Virus record (IMG/VR): IMGVR_UViG_3300044797_000098
Coordinates: 248,001-312,000 of that record
Strand: one strand, 5' to 3'
DNA length: 64,000 nt
The notes under the pieces are model-generated. The model was given only the letters and a program-made list of their open reading frames with translations, was not told the DNA's origin and searched no databases. A program made the translations under genes and the position numbers. Positions 38,532 to 48,252 of the stretch are shown piece after piece (position 1 is the first letter of the stretch; each line of letters begins with the position of its first letter).

Positions 38532-38677
38532 ATAATAAATGTATAAAAATTAGTATGACTTATTTTATGAAAACTTCAACAACAAAAAATACGATAGATA
38601 TGATTATTATCATTTCAATTAATTGGTCTTTTGTTATATCGCCGTTATGTTTCATATATTTACCTTAAAATAAGAAA

Positions 38678-38703
38678 GGCTCGCCCATTGGAGTAAGCGA
38701 GCC
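38678..38703 (-). terminator. terminator downstream of Hsp20
   Basis: GGCTCGC/GCGAGCC stem followed by TTTCTTATTTT on the minus strand. Confidence 0.7.
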
Positions 38704-38732
38704 CTTCCCTTCCTATTTTCGATTATTTATCA

Positions 38733-39167
38733 TCATTTAATTTCTATCTTTTTTATTTCTGATTTTATCTTATCTTCAATCTTATTGAAAGACAATATCA
38801 AAACTCCATCTGCTAAATCAGCAGAAAGAGAATTAAGATCGCAATCGGTCGATACGCTGAACGAGGCTTCTACAATACCTTGTATCTTGCCTTTTCTTTC
38901 AGCCCTCACACGGATCGTATTGCCTTCCTGACTAATATCAATATCTTCTTTTTTTATACCCGGAACATCAACCGTATAACTAATTTTGCCATCTACAATT
39001 GATGGACTAATTAGGTTATTGGTAATATTCAACATGTCATCAAACTTATCCCATATTGAGTTATGGAATGTTGCCATACTGTCAAACCATTTACCGATAT
39101 TATTATTTGTTTTCTTCACGATTTCATTAGTGTAATTAGAATTAAAGGGGTTATATCTTGCTAACAT
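38733..39167 (-). CDS. Hsp20/alpha-crystallin small heat-shock protein
   Basis: VDVPGIKKEDIDIS...ADLADGVLILSF. Confidence 0.9.
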   Translation of the reverse strand: MLARYNPFNSNYTNEIVKKTNNNIGKWFDSMATFHNSIWDKFDDMLNITNNLISPSIVDGKISYTVDVPGIKKEDIDISQEGNTIRVRAERKGKIQGIVEASFSVSTDCDLNSLSADLADGVLILSFNKIEDKIKSEIKKIEIK

Positions 39168-39224
39168 GATTTTTCTCCTTTCTTTCGAATTAATTCGGAA
39201 GGTTTCCGGCCTTCCTTACTGACT

Positions 39225-39252
39225 AATATAACCAAGCGTCTGAACCTGTCAA
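39225..39252 (-). promoter_or_regulatory. sigma70-type promoter TTGACA-N16-TATATT
   Basis: Upstream of Hsp20. Confidence 0.6.
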
Positions 39253-39311
39253 GCCCCTTGGCCACATCACATATCTAATTATGCCCATATTAAAATGAAA
39301 ATAATTTACCA

Positions 39312-39515
39312 CTATTTTAATAGGATTAGAGGTTCGAGGATTTCGTAATAGATTGGGAAACTGTTTTTCAAAACATCTATAAATATAGGATCATTATGAT
39401 TTTGAATAAACAATCGTTTTAGGTCTTTAATTGAATTAAGTATTCTTATTTTATTTGTATAATTATGTTGTATTGAGTTTAAGCGTAAATAATCTAATAT
39501 CTCACTCATTTTCAA
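39312..39515 (-). CDS. hypothetical protein, tag variant (EPLILLK*)
   Basis: Tag. Confidence 0.6.
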   Translation of the reverse strand: MKMSEILDYLRLNSIQHNYTNKIRILNSIKDLKRLFIQNHNDPIFIDVLKNSFPIYYEILEPLILLK

Positions 39516-39754
39516 TCTTTCGCAAAATATGCTAATCCAAGTATTGTTGCTATTGTTGCAAAAAACGCAGCATAACTAACATCATAGGATAGGAATGTCA
39601 TTATTGTTTTTTGGCTTTCTGGGACTAATGTTAGTAATCCTAATCGTATCCCGTATATTCCTCCTATCAAAACGGCAATTCCCCAAAATACTCCTTTGAC
39701 GAAAAGAACATATAGGATATATCCAATGATTGCAAGTGATACTAACACTATCAT
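39512..39754 (-). CDS. small membrane protein
   Basis: Three hydrophobic segments. Confidence 0.65.
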   Translation of the reverse strand: MIVLVSLAIIGYILYVLFVKGVFWGIAVLIGGIYGIRLGLLTLVPESQKTIMTFLSYDVSYAAFFATIATILGLAYFAKD

Positions 39755-40135
39755 TTATACCAATACCAATAGGTGCTCAATTTTATTCCATAAATCTTGG
39801 TGAGATATATCCAATGGAAGAGGTGGATCAAAACACTTTAATATTTTATCAGGATATGAACCATAACATTTTTGATATGAACAAGTGTAAATTACATTTT
39901 TGCCAAAACACGCCGGTTCCATACAATTGCAATTGTATCGAAGTAAAAACTCATATCCATGTAGATCATCAATGTTTCTATCAAAACTACATTTACCATC
40001 TTTACTTTGGTAATACCATATTGTGTCGTGGTTATTGGAACAAAATAGTTCTAAACCTCCATTTATTCCATATTCACGCGGATCATCGTCCCATTTATCG
40101 TCGCATATAATGCATTTAGGATAGATTATGTTCAT
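39755..40135 (-). CDS. CxxC protein, C-terminal tag (EHLLVLV*)
   Basis: CIIC...CSNNH. Confidence 0.7.
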   Translation of the reverse strand: MNIIYPKCIICDDKWDDDPREYGINGGLELFCSNNHDTIWYYQSKDGKCSFDRNIDDLHGYEFLLRYNCNCMEPACFGKNVIYTCSYQKCYGSYPDKILKCFDPPLPLDISHQDLWNKIEHLLVLV

Positions 40136-40138
40136 GAA

Positions 40139-40969
40139 TTATTTCAGTGCGTCTTGGCAAAAACGAGTTCCTGTTTCATACCATGCAAAATTAGGCCCGT
40201 GAGCAAGTGTGCTCGGTCTCGATGCCTGTCTGACATGCCATATATGACCGCCCTTCAATGCTGAAACATAGGGGTGCCCACTTTCATTAATTACAAACTC
40301 ATCTATGTTCCCAGCCATGTCATGAACACCTGTGCTGCTAACACATAATGGCATTGATCCACTCGGAACAAGGAGGCTTCGCAATATTTCGGATGCAGGT
40401 GAATGTGGTGTTTTCGCTTTGAACACATCTACTTTTTCATGCCTATCTATATTGCATAGACTACTATCCCTATGATATCCATCTCCATACGGAAGCGGAC
40501 GCATTTCTTTACCCTCTGCTGCAAACGTCCATTCACTATCTGTGCATAATCGTTTTCCAATTTTTGCAGCCTCATCTCGTGCTTCATACCAAGTCATCCA
40601 ATCACGAGGAACAACACCTTCCTTATTCGGAAATTCAAAACGGTCAATGCAAAATCTTTTATGAATCTTTGTTGTGGATAGGCATCGTGTTGGGTATTTG
40701 TATTCTCCACAAGAACCTGATTTATACGGGCCAGGGATGCGTTTCCCGTATGCATCTACTCCGTATAAACATATTTCTTCAACATTGGGGCAAAAATCCC
40801 CCTCAATAAATTGCATGTCATCAGGACATTTCTTCTCATCAACATTCTGTGTTTTCACATCACAACTGTTGCTGTTATGACATTCTTCCGCAATCGCGGT
40901 TTCTTTTCCGCCAACAAACGCAATCAACAACGCTGAACTTAAAATTGTTCCAACAATAATCTTCCTCAT
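40139..40969 (-). CDS. secreted FGE-sulfatase (SUMF1/EgtB/PvdO) domain protein
   Basis: Signal peptide; FCIDRFEFPN, KRLCTDSEW, GVHDMAGNIDEFV. Confidence 0.88.
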   Translation of the reverse strand: MRKIIVGTILSSALLIAFVGGKETAIAEECHNSNSCDVKTQNVDEKKCPDDMQFIEGDFCPNVEEICLYGVDAYGKRIPGPYKSGSCGEYKYPTRCLSTTKIHKRFCIDRFEFPNKEGVVPRDWMTWYEARDEAAKIGKRLCTDSEWTFAAEGKEMRPLPYGDGYHRDSSLCNIDRHEKVDVFKAKTPHSPASEILRSLLVPSGSMPLCVSSTGVHDMAGNIDEFVINESGHPYVSALKGGHIWHVRQASRPSTLAHGPNFAWYETGTRFCQDALK

Positions 40970-41385
40970 TTCAACAATACCGCCTTATCAATTAATTTGA
41001 TTACTTCTTCTTTTGATAGATTGCTAAAATCTTTACCCGGACTATAAACCCAATCAACTTTATGCTCCGTTTCAGAAAAATAAAAATAAAAATATGAACG
41101 TATTAATCCGTTTTTGTAGGAATTGGTTATCTCATAAACGTATCCATTATGTTTATATCGTAAGTTCCAATAGGTATGATTTTCATTATCTATATTTTGA
41201 AAATAATGGCTGTAATTAGTAATATCTTTATCAATATAGCATGCTATACTAAGTTCGAATGGATGTCCTTTTGGATATGCATCATTAGGATTATCACCCT
41301 TTTTTTCGTATTCCATATTTTTATTGTTGCACACCGGGCAAGTATGATACTTAATTATATTTTTATATTGTTCTAATTTATTCAT
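40966..41385 (-). CDS. CxxC protein, C-terminal tag (DKAVLLK*)
   Basis: CPVC. Confidence 0.7.
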   Translation of the reverse strand: MNKLEQYKNIIKYHTCPVCNNKNMEYEKKGDNPNDAYPKGHPFELSIACYIDKDITNYSHYFQNIDNENHTYWNLRYKHNGYVYEITNSYKNGLIRSYFYFYFSETEHKVDWVYSPGKDFSNLSKEEVIKLIDKAVLLK

Positions 41386-41705
41386 ATCAATAAAAGATAT
41401 TTTTCAATTTCATCAACATACTTATGAAAACTCGGATTATATTCTATCATATCTTTATGATTTATAGCATTTATTATTAAATAAATATCTGTATAAAAAC
41501 TGTTATTATTTCCATAAAAATTAGCCACCATGGCGCGCATTAGATTTTTGGCAACATTTAGATTTCTTTGCTCATATACTCTGATGATTGCTTCCCATCC
41601 AGAATGTTTTAAATTTTCCATTTCTATTGTTTCTGTAAAATCCGTATCTTCTATTGTGAAGAATAACTTATTGCCTTTATAGACACCGCTACCGCGAATA
41701 AACAT
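41382..41705 (-). CDS. DTDF/LNVA family paralog, tag EKYLLLI*
   Basis: IEDTDF...SGWE...VYEQRNLNVAKNL. Confidence 0.8.
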   Translation of the reverse strand: MFIRGSGVYKGNKLFFTIEDTDFTETIEMENLKHSGWEAIIRVYEQRNLNVAKNLMRAMVANFYGNNNSFYTDIYLIINAINHKDMIEYNPSFHKYVDEIEKYLLLI

Positions 41706-41714
41706 TATTGATCC

Positions 41715-42005
41715 TCAAACTAACATCAAGTATTTTGCAATTTCATCTTTATATTTAAGATATTTAGAATAATATTCTTTGTTTTCATCGTTATAATTAA
41801 AAATATCCATTAGGGTAAAACAAGTTAATATGTCATATCGGTTCATTGCAAGCAATAGGTTTTTGACGACATCAAGATTTTTCTTCTCATACACCCAAAC
41901 AATCAGTTCCCATCCAGACACTGGTGGAGGATTCACTATTTTTTCTATAAAATCCGTATCTTCTATAATCCAATCATCATCAGATTTATATGACTTAACG
42001 AACAT
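41715..42005 (-). CDS. DTDF/LNVA family paralog, tag AKYLMLV*
   Basis: IEDTDF...SGWE...VYEKKNLDVVKNL. Confidence 0.8.
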   Translation of the reverse strand: MFVKSYKSDDDWIIEDTDFIEKIVNPPPVSGWELIVWVYEKKNLDVVKNLLLAMNRYDILTCFTLMDIFNYNDENKEYYSKYLKYKDEIAKYLMLV

Positions 42006-42571
42006 TATTGAAAATCCTCAATCGAAAACAACGATACCACTGGAATGCGAAACTTCTTTTCTATATTTTCTTTACCCCCAGCGAGACGATCCACTACACA
42101 TATCACTGCTACCGAATTATAGCCATTTTGGTATAGCGTGTCAAGGGCCGTTATGGATGAACTCCCGCTTGTGATTACATCTTCGAGTAATACTATACCT
42201 GATTTACGATCTGCATAACCTTCGATTAATTGTTGTGTCCCATGATCTTTTGCTTGCTTACGAATATATAATGCATTGACCGGTGAATGTATTATATTTG
42301 TTCGTGGCATTGAACTGTATGTGGAAACCGCTGACGCAAGACTGCATCCGCCAAGTGGAACTCCTGCAACCGTTCCTATGTTTTGATATTGTCGAAGTTT
42401 TATGATTTCGTCGAAAATTAGTTCTGCGGATAGTATGTGTCCTTGGCTCGTGAGCAATGTTTTTTTGCAATCGAGAAAGAAACTGCTTTGTTGTCCCGAT
42501 GCAAGCGTGAATGAGCCTTGTTGATATGAATACTGTTTTAGGAGATTTAATAGTAATGATTTTGTTGTCAT
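42005..42571 (-). CDS. pyrE: orotate phosphoribosyltransferase
   Basis: FTLASG..S.FFLDCK, IRKQAKDHG, LLEDVITSGSS; start moved to MTTKS. Confidence 0.93.
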   Translation of the reverse strand: MTTKSLLLNLLKQYSYQQGSFTLASGQQSSFFLDCKKTLLTSQGHILSAELIFDEIIKLRQYQNIGTVAGVPLGGCSLASAVSTYSSMPRTNIIHSPVNALYIRKQAKDHGTQQLIEGYADRKSGIVLLEDVITSGSSSITALDTLYQNGYNSVAVICVVDRLAGGKENIEKKFRIPVVSLFSIEDFQ

Positions 42572-42572
42572 A

Positions 42573-43520
42573 TTAAAATGATGCCTCTGGATCCCCAACA
42601 CGAAAAACTGGAAAACCATTTTCATATAACCACTTAACGATCTGATGACGATCGTCATACCAACCAGCAACATAATATCTTCCTTTGATATTTTCGTTGT
42701 ATATTCGTTCCTTCACAATCACATCTTTTTCATTCGATCCTGTCGGACGCATATATAATTCATATTCAACTTCTGGGAAGTGTTTTTCATAAAATCGTTC
42801 TGTCGGTGCTCTATCCTTTTCTTCTCTACCTGAAACGAATAATATCTTGTATCCCGCACGAAAATACATACGCATACATTCAATGACATAATCATTAGGA
42901 TGATCTTGGTCGCAAGTTTCGGCATTGTAAGGACTGCGATCTTTATGAATAATAGATATCGTTCCATCATTGTCGAACACAACTGCACGAGGTAATTCTT
43001 TATTTTGTTCGATTGGCTCGACCAAACGATCTAATGCGTTTTTTCGTTTTGAAAACACTTCATGCCGGGGCTTGTAAAACTTAAATTGATCTTTTCCTAA
43101 ATTATTAAAAAACTTTCTAACAACTTCTTCCCCAACTTTTGTATTGCCGACACGCTTGCTATCCCGCTCAATCAATTCAGGCAACGGACAATAAAATGCT
43201 TTTTCAAAAATCTGAACATCCAAGTTCAATTTACTTACAATTTTAACAACATCATCGAAGTTTCGTTTTGATGCATTGACATTGTCAATTATACAATTAT
43301 ATCCTTTTCGAAGGAAGTCTTTGAGCATATGTTCTCGCATCGAACGAATAATTTTTTCGTTTTCTGGTGAATAGATTGAAAAATCTATGGCGTCTCTTAA
43401 CCCGTCATTTGATATGCGTTTCCACTGTCCAATTTCTTTCGCCATTAACTCTCTGGCGAATGAACTTTTACCACTTGCAGGAGCACCCTTCAATACCATA
43501 ATTTTCAACTGGGTATTCAT
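42573..43520 (-). CDS. polynucleotide 5'-kinase/3'-phosphatase (T4 PseT-like)
   Basis: P-loop GAPASGKS plus HAD FDNDGT, VSGR, DDR; start moved to MNTQL. Confidence 0.92.
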   Translation of the reverse strand: MNTQLKIMVLKGAPASGKSSFARELMAKEIGQWKRISNDGLRDAIDFSIYSPENEKIIRSMREHMLKDFLRKGYNCIIDNVNASKRNFDDVVKIVSKLNLDVQIFEKAFYCPLPELIERDSKRVGNTKVGEEVVRKFFNNLGKDQFKFYKPRHEVFSKRKNALDRLVEPIEQNKELPRAVVFDNDGTISIIHKDRSPYNAETCDQDHPNDYVIECMRMYFRAGYKILFVSGREEKDRAPTERFYEKHFPEVEYELYMRPTGSNEKDVIVKERIYNENIKGRYYVAGWYDDRHQIVKWLYENGFPVFRVGDPEASF

Positions 43521-43521
43521 C

Positions 43522-43848
43522 TCATTTTCCAAACAATTTCTTATACGCATCAACGCCAATAAACTCAACTGGCGATTTACCATCTATGTTATCATAATCA
43601 CTTTGATATGTTTCTGTATATGGTAATTCTAACTGTTCCATCTCTTTATCATCTGTTCTTTTTATGATTATTTTGTATCCTTCGCCATCACAAGCAAAAG
43701 CATTGACGGCAATAGTATCATCATTCCAATGTGCTGATACCATATCGAGTGCATCTGCCAATGCGATTAATCCTTCCTCATTGCCAATAATAAATGCATC
43801 GCTGTGATTATATGCCTGACCGTATATGTGTATGTATGGTGTTTTCAT
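43522..43848 (-). CDS. hypothetical protein
   Basis: HIYGQ...H.DAFIIGN...DGEGY. Confidence 0.7.
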   Translation of the reverse strand: MKTPYIHIYGQAYNHSDAFIIGNEEGLIALADALDMVSAHWNDDTIAVNAFACDGEGYKIIIKRTDDKEMEQLELPYTETYQSDYDNIDGKSPVEFIGVDAYKKLFGK

Positions 43849-43850
43849 TC

Positions 43851-44105
43851 CTATACCTTACCACACATTGGACATTTAACTATCGATTCCATGATTTCCA
43901 TTCGATTTTTGTTATTTCTTGCTTCTTCCATAAAATCAACACCAAAATCTCCAAACAATTCTCTAAAATGTTTTTCACATACATACGCTGTTAGGTTATG
44001 ACGATTTGGAAACGGATCATCGTGCAAAATCTCTTCGCCAACTTTTGCTATTGCATCATCACCGCAACGACATTTTTCACCATTCGTATATTTTGATTTC
44101 CACAT
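43851..44105 (-). CDS. Cys-containing hypothetical protein
   Basis: CRCG...VCEKHF. Confidence 0.65.
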   Translation of the reverse strand: MWKSKYTNGEKCRCGDDAIAKVGEEILHDDPFPNRHNLTAYVCEKHFRELFGDFGVDFMEEARNNKNRMEIMESIVKCPMCGKV

Positions 44106-44116
44106 TTTTATTTCCC

Positions 44117-44392
44117 TTATATTAACATTAAATATTTATCTACATCGTCCGCATATTTCGCGTATTTTGGAACATTTTTTCTTGCTACTTCGATTACGCC
44201 TTCAATGCTCCAATATATATTGGCATTGACGATCCATCTAATTGCCAATGCTAAGTTAGCAGCAACGTTTAGTTTTTTTTGTTCATAAATTTCAATAACA
44301 CTATATGCATAATACATATGTGATGGTTTCGTGATTTCAAAATCTGAATCAACTAATGTGTCATTCAATCTGCCCGTAAAACACTTAAACAT
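44117..44392 (-). CDS. DTDF/LNVA family paralog, tag DKYLMLI*
   Basis: VDSDF...IYEQKKLNVAANL. Confidence 0.8.
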   Translation of the reverse strand: MFKCFTGRLNDTLVDSDFEITKPSHMYYAYSVIEIYEQKKLNVAANLALAIRWIVNANIYWSIEGVIEVARKNVPKYAKYADDVDKYLMLI

Positions 44393-44401
44393 TTTAACCC
44401 T

Positions 44402-44716
44402 CTACATCAATAATAGATATTTTTCAACATCGTCAGCATATTTAATGTAATCAGGCACATGTATTTTGCATTGTTCTATGTGTTGATACGCGCGATAGGT
44501 ATTATTACCTAACCAATGTGCAATAGTAGCCGAAACATTTAATTGTCTTTCTTTACAAACATTTATGATTATCTTTACGCATTCATACACATAAGGATTA
44601 CCACTATTATTTATCATTCCAACTACTACTTCTTCTGGCTCAAAATCTGAATCATATATAGTATAGGTTGCGTGCGCATCCTTTCGACAATGTCCGAAAC
44701 GGATTTCAGTAATCAT
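44402..44716 (-). CDS. DTDF/LNVA family paralog, tag EKYLLLM*
   Basis: IYDSDF...KERQLNVSATI. Confidence 0.8.
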   Translation of the reverse strand: MITEIRFGHCRKDAHATYTIYDSDFEPEEVVVGMINNSGNPYVYECVKIIINVCKERQLNVSATIAHWLGNNTYRAYQHIEQCKIHVPDYIKYADDVEKYLLLM

Positions 44717-45729
44717 TAAGATTTTCGTGCCTTGAATAACTGATATCCTTCTGATTTTAATTTTACAATTTTTCTACCATTTATATATGGATCAAAATCA
44801 TTAGGAATTGAACGCATTACGAACCCTTCCTTCAAGCAATCACCAATCGTAGATTTTCCTTCTGCAAGTGCGTATAAACTCTTATCTTCTTTCCATTCGC
44901 CATAATACAATTCTGGTGCAGTTTCCAATCCAATATCTGCACATATATCTTTTACTTCTTCCCATTCAAGGAATTTAAATGTTTTTGTATTCCATATATC
45001 GAACACACGGATTTTGTTTTCGCGAACAAGATTGTTTTGAGAATTGCGAACCATTTGTGTATCGTATGGGAAGTGTTTTACTCTGCCATAATTTTCTGCA
45101 AAAAACGCAAACATAGGATATTTTGCTAATTTTTCTTTCAATCCCATTCGTAATACTGGCGCCCACCAATGCGAGTGTTCGCTTTCTTTTTTGAATAGAT
45201 TTCTTGAACGAACCCATAGTCGTTCCCCATCGTGAAGAACTGAAAAATTTTCGCCCTCCAGTTTTTCCATAATAATTACTTTTTCGCCTTCTTTAAAACA
45301 ATCCACATATTTACGAAGATTTTCTAAATCATAATGTGGGATCTGGAAGTGATGCGGATTCTTTTCGCAATCTTCTTCTGATCGTCCCGCCACTTCTTCT
45401 TCATACTCAAACTTTTTCAATCCGTAGTATTCAACAACGCTATCGTGCTCTTTGAACCCCTCTGGTGCTGGAACAAGGATCCCCTCCGAAAATATACCGC
45501 GCAAGCGTGCAGGCTTGATGCGTTTTTTATCACCAAGGAACGAAAACACCTCTATATCCGGGCAGATCGTGTCATAAGGTATGTATGAAACGAGATCGCC
45601 TTCTTTGTATTGGTTCTCTTTGAATATAACTGTATTGTCGCCTAACACCTGCGAGATCTCTAACGAATCTGCATTTGGATGGCGCCCAATTTTATTTAAT
45701 TTGCAAACACACGGATGCCAGTTCGACAT
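44716..45729 (-). CDS. RNA ligase, DRB0094/Rnl2 family (N-terminal OB domain)
   Basis: HPNADSLEI, LRGIFSEG, EKLEGEN, KEGFV, KLKSEGY. Confidence 0.9.
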   Translation of the reverse strand: MSNWHPCVCKLNKIGRHPNADSLEISQVLGDNTVIFKENQYKEGDLVSYIPYDTICPDIEVFSFLGDKKRIKPARLRGIFSEGILVPAPEGFKEHDSVVEYYGLKKFEYEEEVAGRSEEDCEKNPHHFQIPHYDLENLRKYVDCFKEGEKVIIMEKLEGENFSVLHDGERLWVRSRNLFKKESEHSHWWAPVLRMGLKEKLAKYPMFAFFAENYGRVKHFPYDTQMVRNSQNNLVRENKIRVFDIWNTKTFKFLEWEEVKDICADIGLETAPELYYGEWKEDKSLYALAEGKSTIGDCLKEGFVMRSIPNDFDPYINGRKIVKLKSEGYQLFKARKS

Positions 45730-45739
45730 ATGAAACTCC

Positions 45740-46054
45740 TTACTGTAATAATAACAATTTAAAAAATCTATCCAGTGTTTCTTTTGGGTTATCTTTATTC
45801 ATTTGAATTCTTACTGGCAATTCCCACCAAACCATAGGTAATTGTTTTTTATCAATTGGATGCGGTATTCCGTCTATCCATTTGTGCGGAACGCGTTGTG
45901 CATCGCTTAAATTATAAATAAATGTAATTTTTTTTATGTGATACTGATATATTTTACCATCAATTGCTAATGAATATTCACTGTTATAGTAATAATGTGG
46001 CGTACCATAAAAATAATCCCCGCCACTCAGTAATTTTACTTCTTTATATTTCAT
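45740..46054 (-). CDS. paralog pair member, tag FKLLLLQ*
   Basis: LAIDG...NPKETLDRFFK. Confidence 0.75.
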   Translation of the reverse strand: MKYKEVKLLSGGDYFYGTPHYYYNSEYSLAIDGKIYQYHIKKITFIYNLSDAQRVPHKWIDGIPHPIDKKQLPMVWWELPVRIQMNKDNPKETLDRFFKLLLLQ

Positions 46055-46315
46055 TTATGCTAACATTAACAATTTAAAAAATCTGTCCAATGTTTCTTTC
46101 GGATTATATTCATCCATCAAAAGAGCTGTTCGTAAATAATATGCATCTTGAAAAGACATAGGTATCCATTTTTTATATAATCGAGTTATTTTAGGAAAAC
46201 ACTCATATAGATATTCAGTCCCATCAATACTTAATTCGTAATCAGGAGATCTAATATCTCCTGTAGAATATTTTCGTATTATTTTAACGGTGTTATATTC
46301 CAACTTGCTCTTCAA
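46055..46315 (-). CDS. paralog pair member, tag FKLLMLA*
   Basis: LSIDG...NPKETLDRFFK. Confidence 0.75.
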   Translation of the reverse strand: MKSKLEYNTVKIIRKYSTGDIRSPDYELSIDGTEYLYECFPKITRLYKKWIPMSFQDAYYLRTALLMDEYNPKETLDRFFKLLMLA

Positions 46316-47102
46316 CCCGTTTCATTTTTTCACCAAAAAACTTATTCACCACTTCCGTCGCTTGATCGCTGATGTCCAATCCAGGCGCATAATTGTATTC
46401 CAAAAACCACCAGCCATCTTTTCCAACAATATAATCAATTCCACAAACATCCAATCCAAACACTTCTTTTACTTTTCTTGAATGATCTACAACCGCTTGT
46501 GGCATTTCGGGATACAATGACATCTCTGCTCCGCTACTATTTTTAATCCACGAAGTTTCGTTGTCAAAACGCAAGGTAAAATAGTCATCACCAATCCACA
46601 ACACCCTACAAGATATACCATCAAAAAACGGTTCTATCGTTGCAATACCTTCCCACCTTGGCAACTCTAATTCATTTCTAACTAAATACTTTCCCTGTCC
46701 CTGATGCTCATTGCCAGTCTTTACAACGAATGGATATTGTATTGGAATATCTTTCGTGTATTCTGATTGAATAACTGTATTAGTATTGAGCCCAGCACGA
46801 ATCACTTTTTCCATGCACGCATGCCTGTTGTCAATACTTAATAATTTTCTTGGATCGGGATAGCAAGGAATGTTATTGTCAATTAGAAAATTAAAGTTTT
46901 GTCGTCTGATTGTGTCGTCGGAAACACTTGCGTGGTATATACAACCCAATAAATGTTCGTTCATATTATGGCGATGAAAAGATTTGTCTCCGTTAAGATA
47001 TAACGTTTTTGCTGTCTGACTGTGAATCCAATTATCGTGCTGGAAAACAAGCGGTAATGTTATACGGAACTCACCTGATAGGAAAATAAATGATCGGTTC
47101 AT
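46293..47102 (-). CDS. ATP-grasp (RimK-like) ligase
   Basis: YPFVVKTG..HQGQGKYLV, EPFF, CGIDY, FLEYNYAPG. Confidence 0.8.
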   Translation of the reverse strand: MNRSFIFLSGEFRITLPLVFQHDNWIHSQTAKTLYLNGDKSFHRHNMNEHLLGCIYHASVSDDTIRRQNFNFLIDNNIPCYPDPRKLLSIDNRHACMEKVIRAGLNTNTVIQSEYTKDIPIQYPFVVKTGNEHQGQGKYLVRNELELPRWEGIATIEPFFDGISCRVLWIGDDYFTLRFDNETSWIKNSSGAEMSLYPEMPQAVVDHSRKVKEVFGLDVCGIDYIVGKDGWWFLEYNYAPGLDISDQATEVVNKFFGEKMKRVEEQVGI

Positions 47103-47395
47103 AGTAATAATAAATACTTTTCTAATTGTTCGCCATATTGATGATATTCTTCATCATATTCTTTAATGAACCGTATAGCGTCTAACATCGACATTCCTCT
47201 ACACTTGCTGTATAGCACAATGAATTTTAAAATGTTTTTTGCTATATCATCACCTTTACTCGTATAAAACTCTATTACCGATCTAATGCAACATATAAAC
47301 ATATATCCCATTTTTATACCTAATTCAACCTCTCCATAGGTATCATCAATGATGAGAATACTGTTTCTGCCTTTGTCAATAAACTTTGTTATCAT
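47099..47395 (-). CDS. divergent DTDF family member, tag EKYLLLL*
   Basis: IDDTY...DIAKNIL...YGEQLEKYLLLL. Confidence 0.7.
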   Translation of the reverse strand: MITKFIDKGRNSILIIDDTYGEVELGIKMGYMFICCIRSVIEFYTSKGDDIAKNILKFIVLYSKCRGMSMLDAIRFIKEYDEEYHQYGEQLEKYLLLL

Positions 47396-47691
47396 TTTAT
47401 ATCAGTTGGGCAAACTGCAACATCATGACCATAAGGATTTCCGGTGCTACCTACACCATCAATTTTTTTCATGACGATACAATCCTGACCATTTACTTCA
47501 ATGTGTTGTTCTCTTGGCGAATGATGACCAATTTGATACATTAAAAATGGAAATGCAATTAATACTGCAAGTCCAATAAAACATAATAACCATACTTCCC
47601 AAGTTTCTCCTTGTGGCTTATGACACAAGCAAACATTATTACAAGGGCAAGGCTCACTCGGTTCTCTATTTTTTCTTGACCATCCCACCAT
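47392..47691 (-). CDS. single-TM hypothetical protein
   Basis: Cys cluster plus hydrophobic helix. Confidence 0.6.
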   Translation of the reverse strand: MVGWSRKNREPSEPCPCNNVCLCHKPQGETWEVWLLCFIGLAVLIAFPFLMYQIGHHSPREQHIEVNGQDCIVMKKIDGVGSTGNPYGHDVAVCPTDIK

Positions 47692-47700
47692 TTTTCTTAC

Positions 47701-48021
47701 CTACCTTAATAATGTTAATTTTTCATATAAACTGAATATCTCTTCATTAGATCTATCGATTAGATTTTTATCTAATTTTATTGTATTATTCTGATCAAAA
47801 AATCCTAACCATGATGAGGCTTGTCCATTAGATATATTTATAGATATAAACATTTTTCTACCATCATAATCATAATATTTATGAACTACAATATGATTAC
47901 CGATATGACTTGTCCATCTGTGTTCTACATAATGGTCATGACAACGATATGTCGTATTGCCTGTATGATTATAATCCATAATTATATCATTACCACATAT
48001 ATGACATATTTTTTGTAGCAT
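47701..48021 (-). CDS. CxxC protein, tag EKLTLLR*
   Basis: CHIC...C..H. Confidence 0.7.
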   Translation of the reverse strand: MLQKICHICGNDIIMDYNHTGNTTYRCHDHYVEHRWTSHIGNHIVVHKYYDYDGRKMFISINISNGQASSWLGFFDQNNTIKLDKNLIDRSNEEIFSLYEKLTLLR

Positions 48022-48023
48022 TA

Positions 48024-48248
48024 TTAATTATATAATTCCGCTTCTTTTTTGACTTTGTCTAATGTTCCGGGGATGTCATAAACATTGTCAAACTTTTGGA
48101 CTATCGCGTCTACATCAACATAACCAATTTCTTTAAACTCTTTTATCAATTTCTTGCTTGTTTTCTTTGCCACTTCTAAATCTTTTGATACCGTGAATAA
48201 ACTCCATTTATCTTTCTTGCGATTTTTGATATATATTCCAAGTATCAT
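48024..48248 (-). CDS. hypothetical protein
   Basis: Coupled ORF. Confidence 0.65.
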   Translation of the reverse strand: MILGIYIKNRKKDKWSLFTVSKDLEVAKKTSKKLIKEFKEIGYVDVDAIVQKFDNVYDIPGTLDKVKKEAELYN

Positions 48249-48252
48249 TTGA

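Noticed and set aside
39168-39311. CIRCE/HrcA operator before Hsp20
   Set aside because: No TTAGCACTC-N9-GAGTGCTAA; only a sigma70-like promoter and a short GGAAGG/CCTTCC hairpin.
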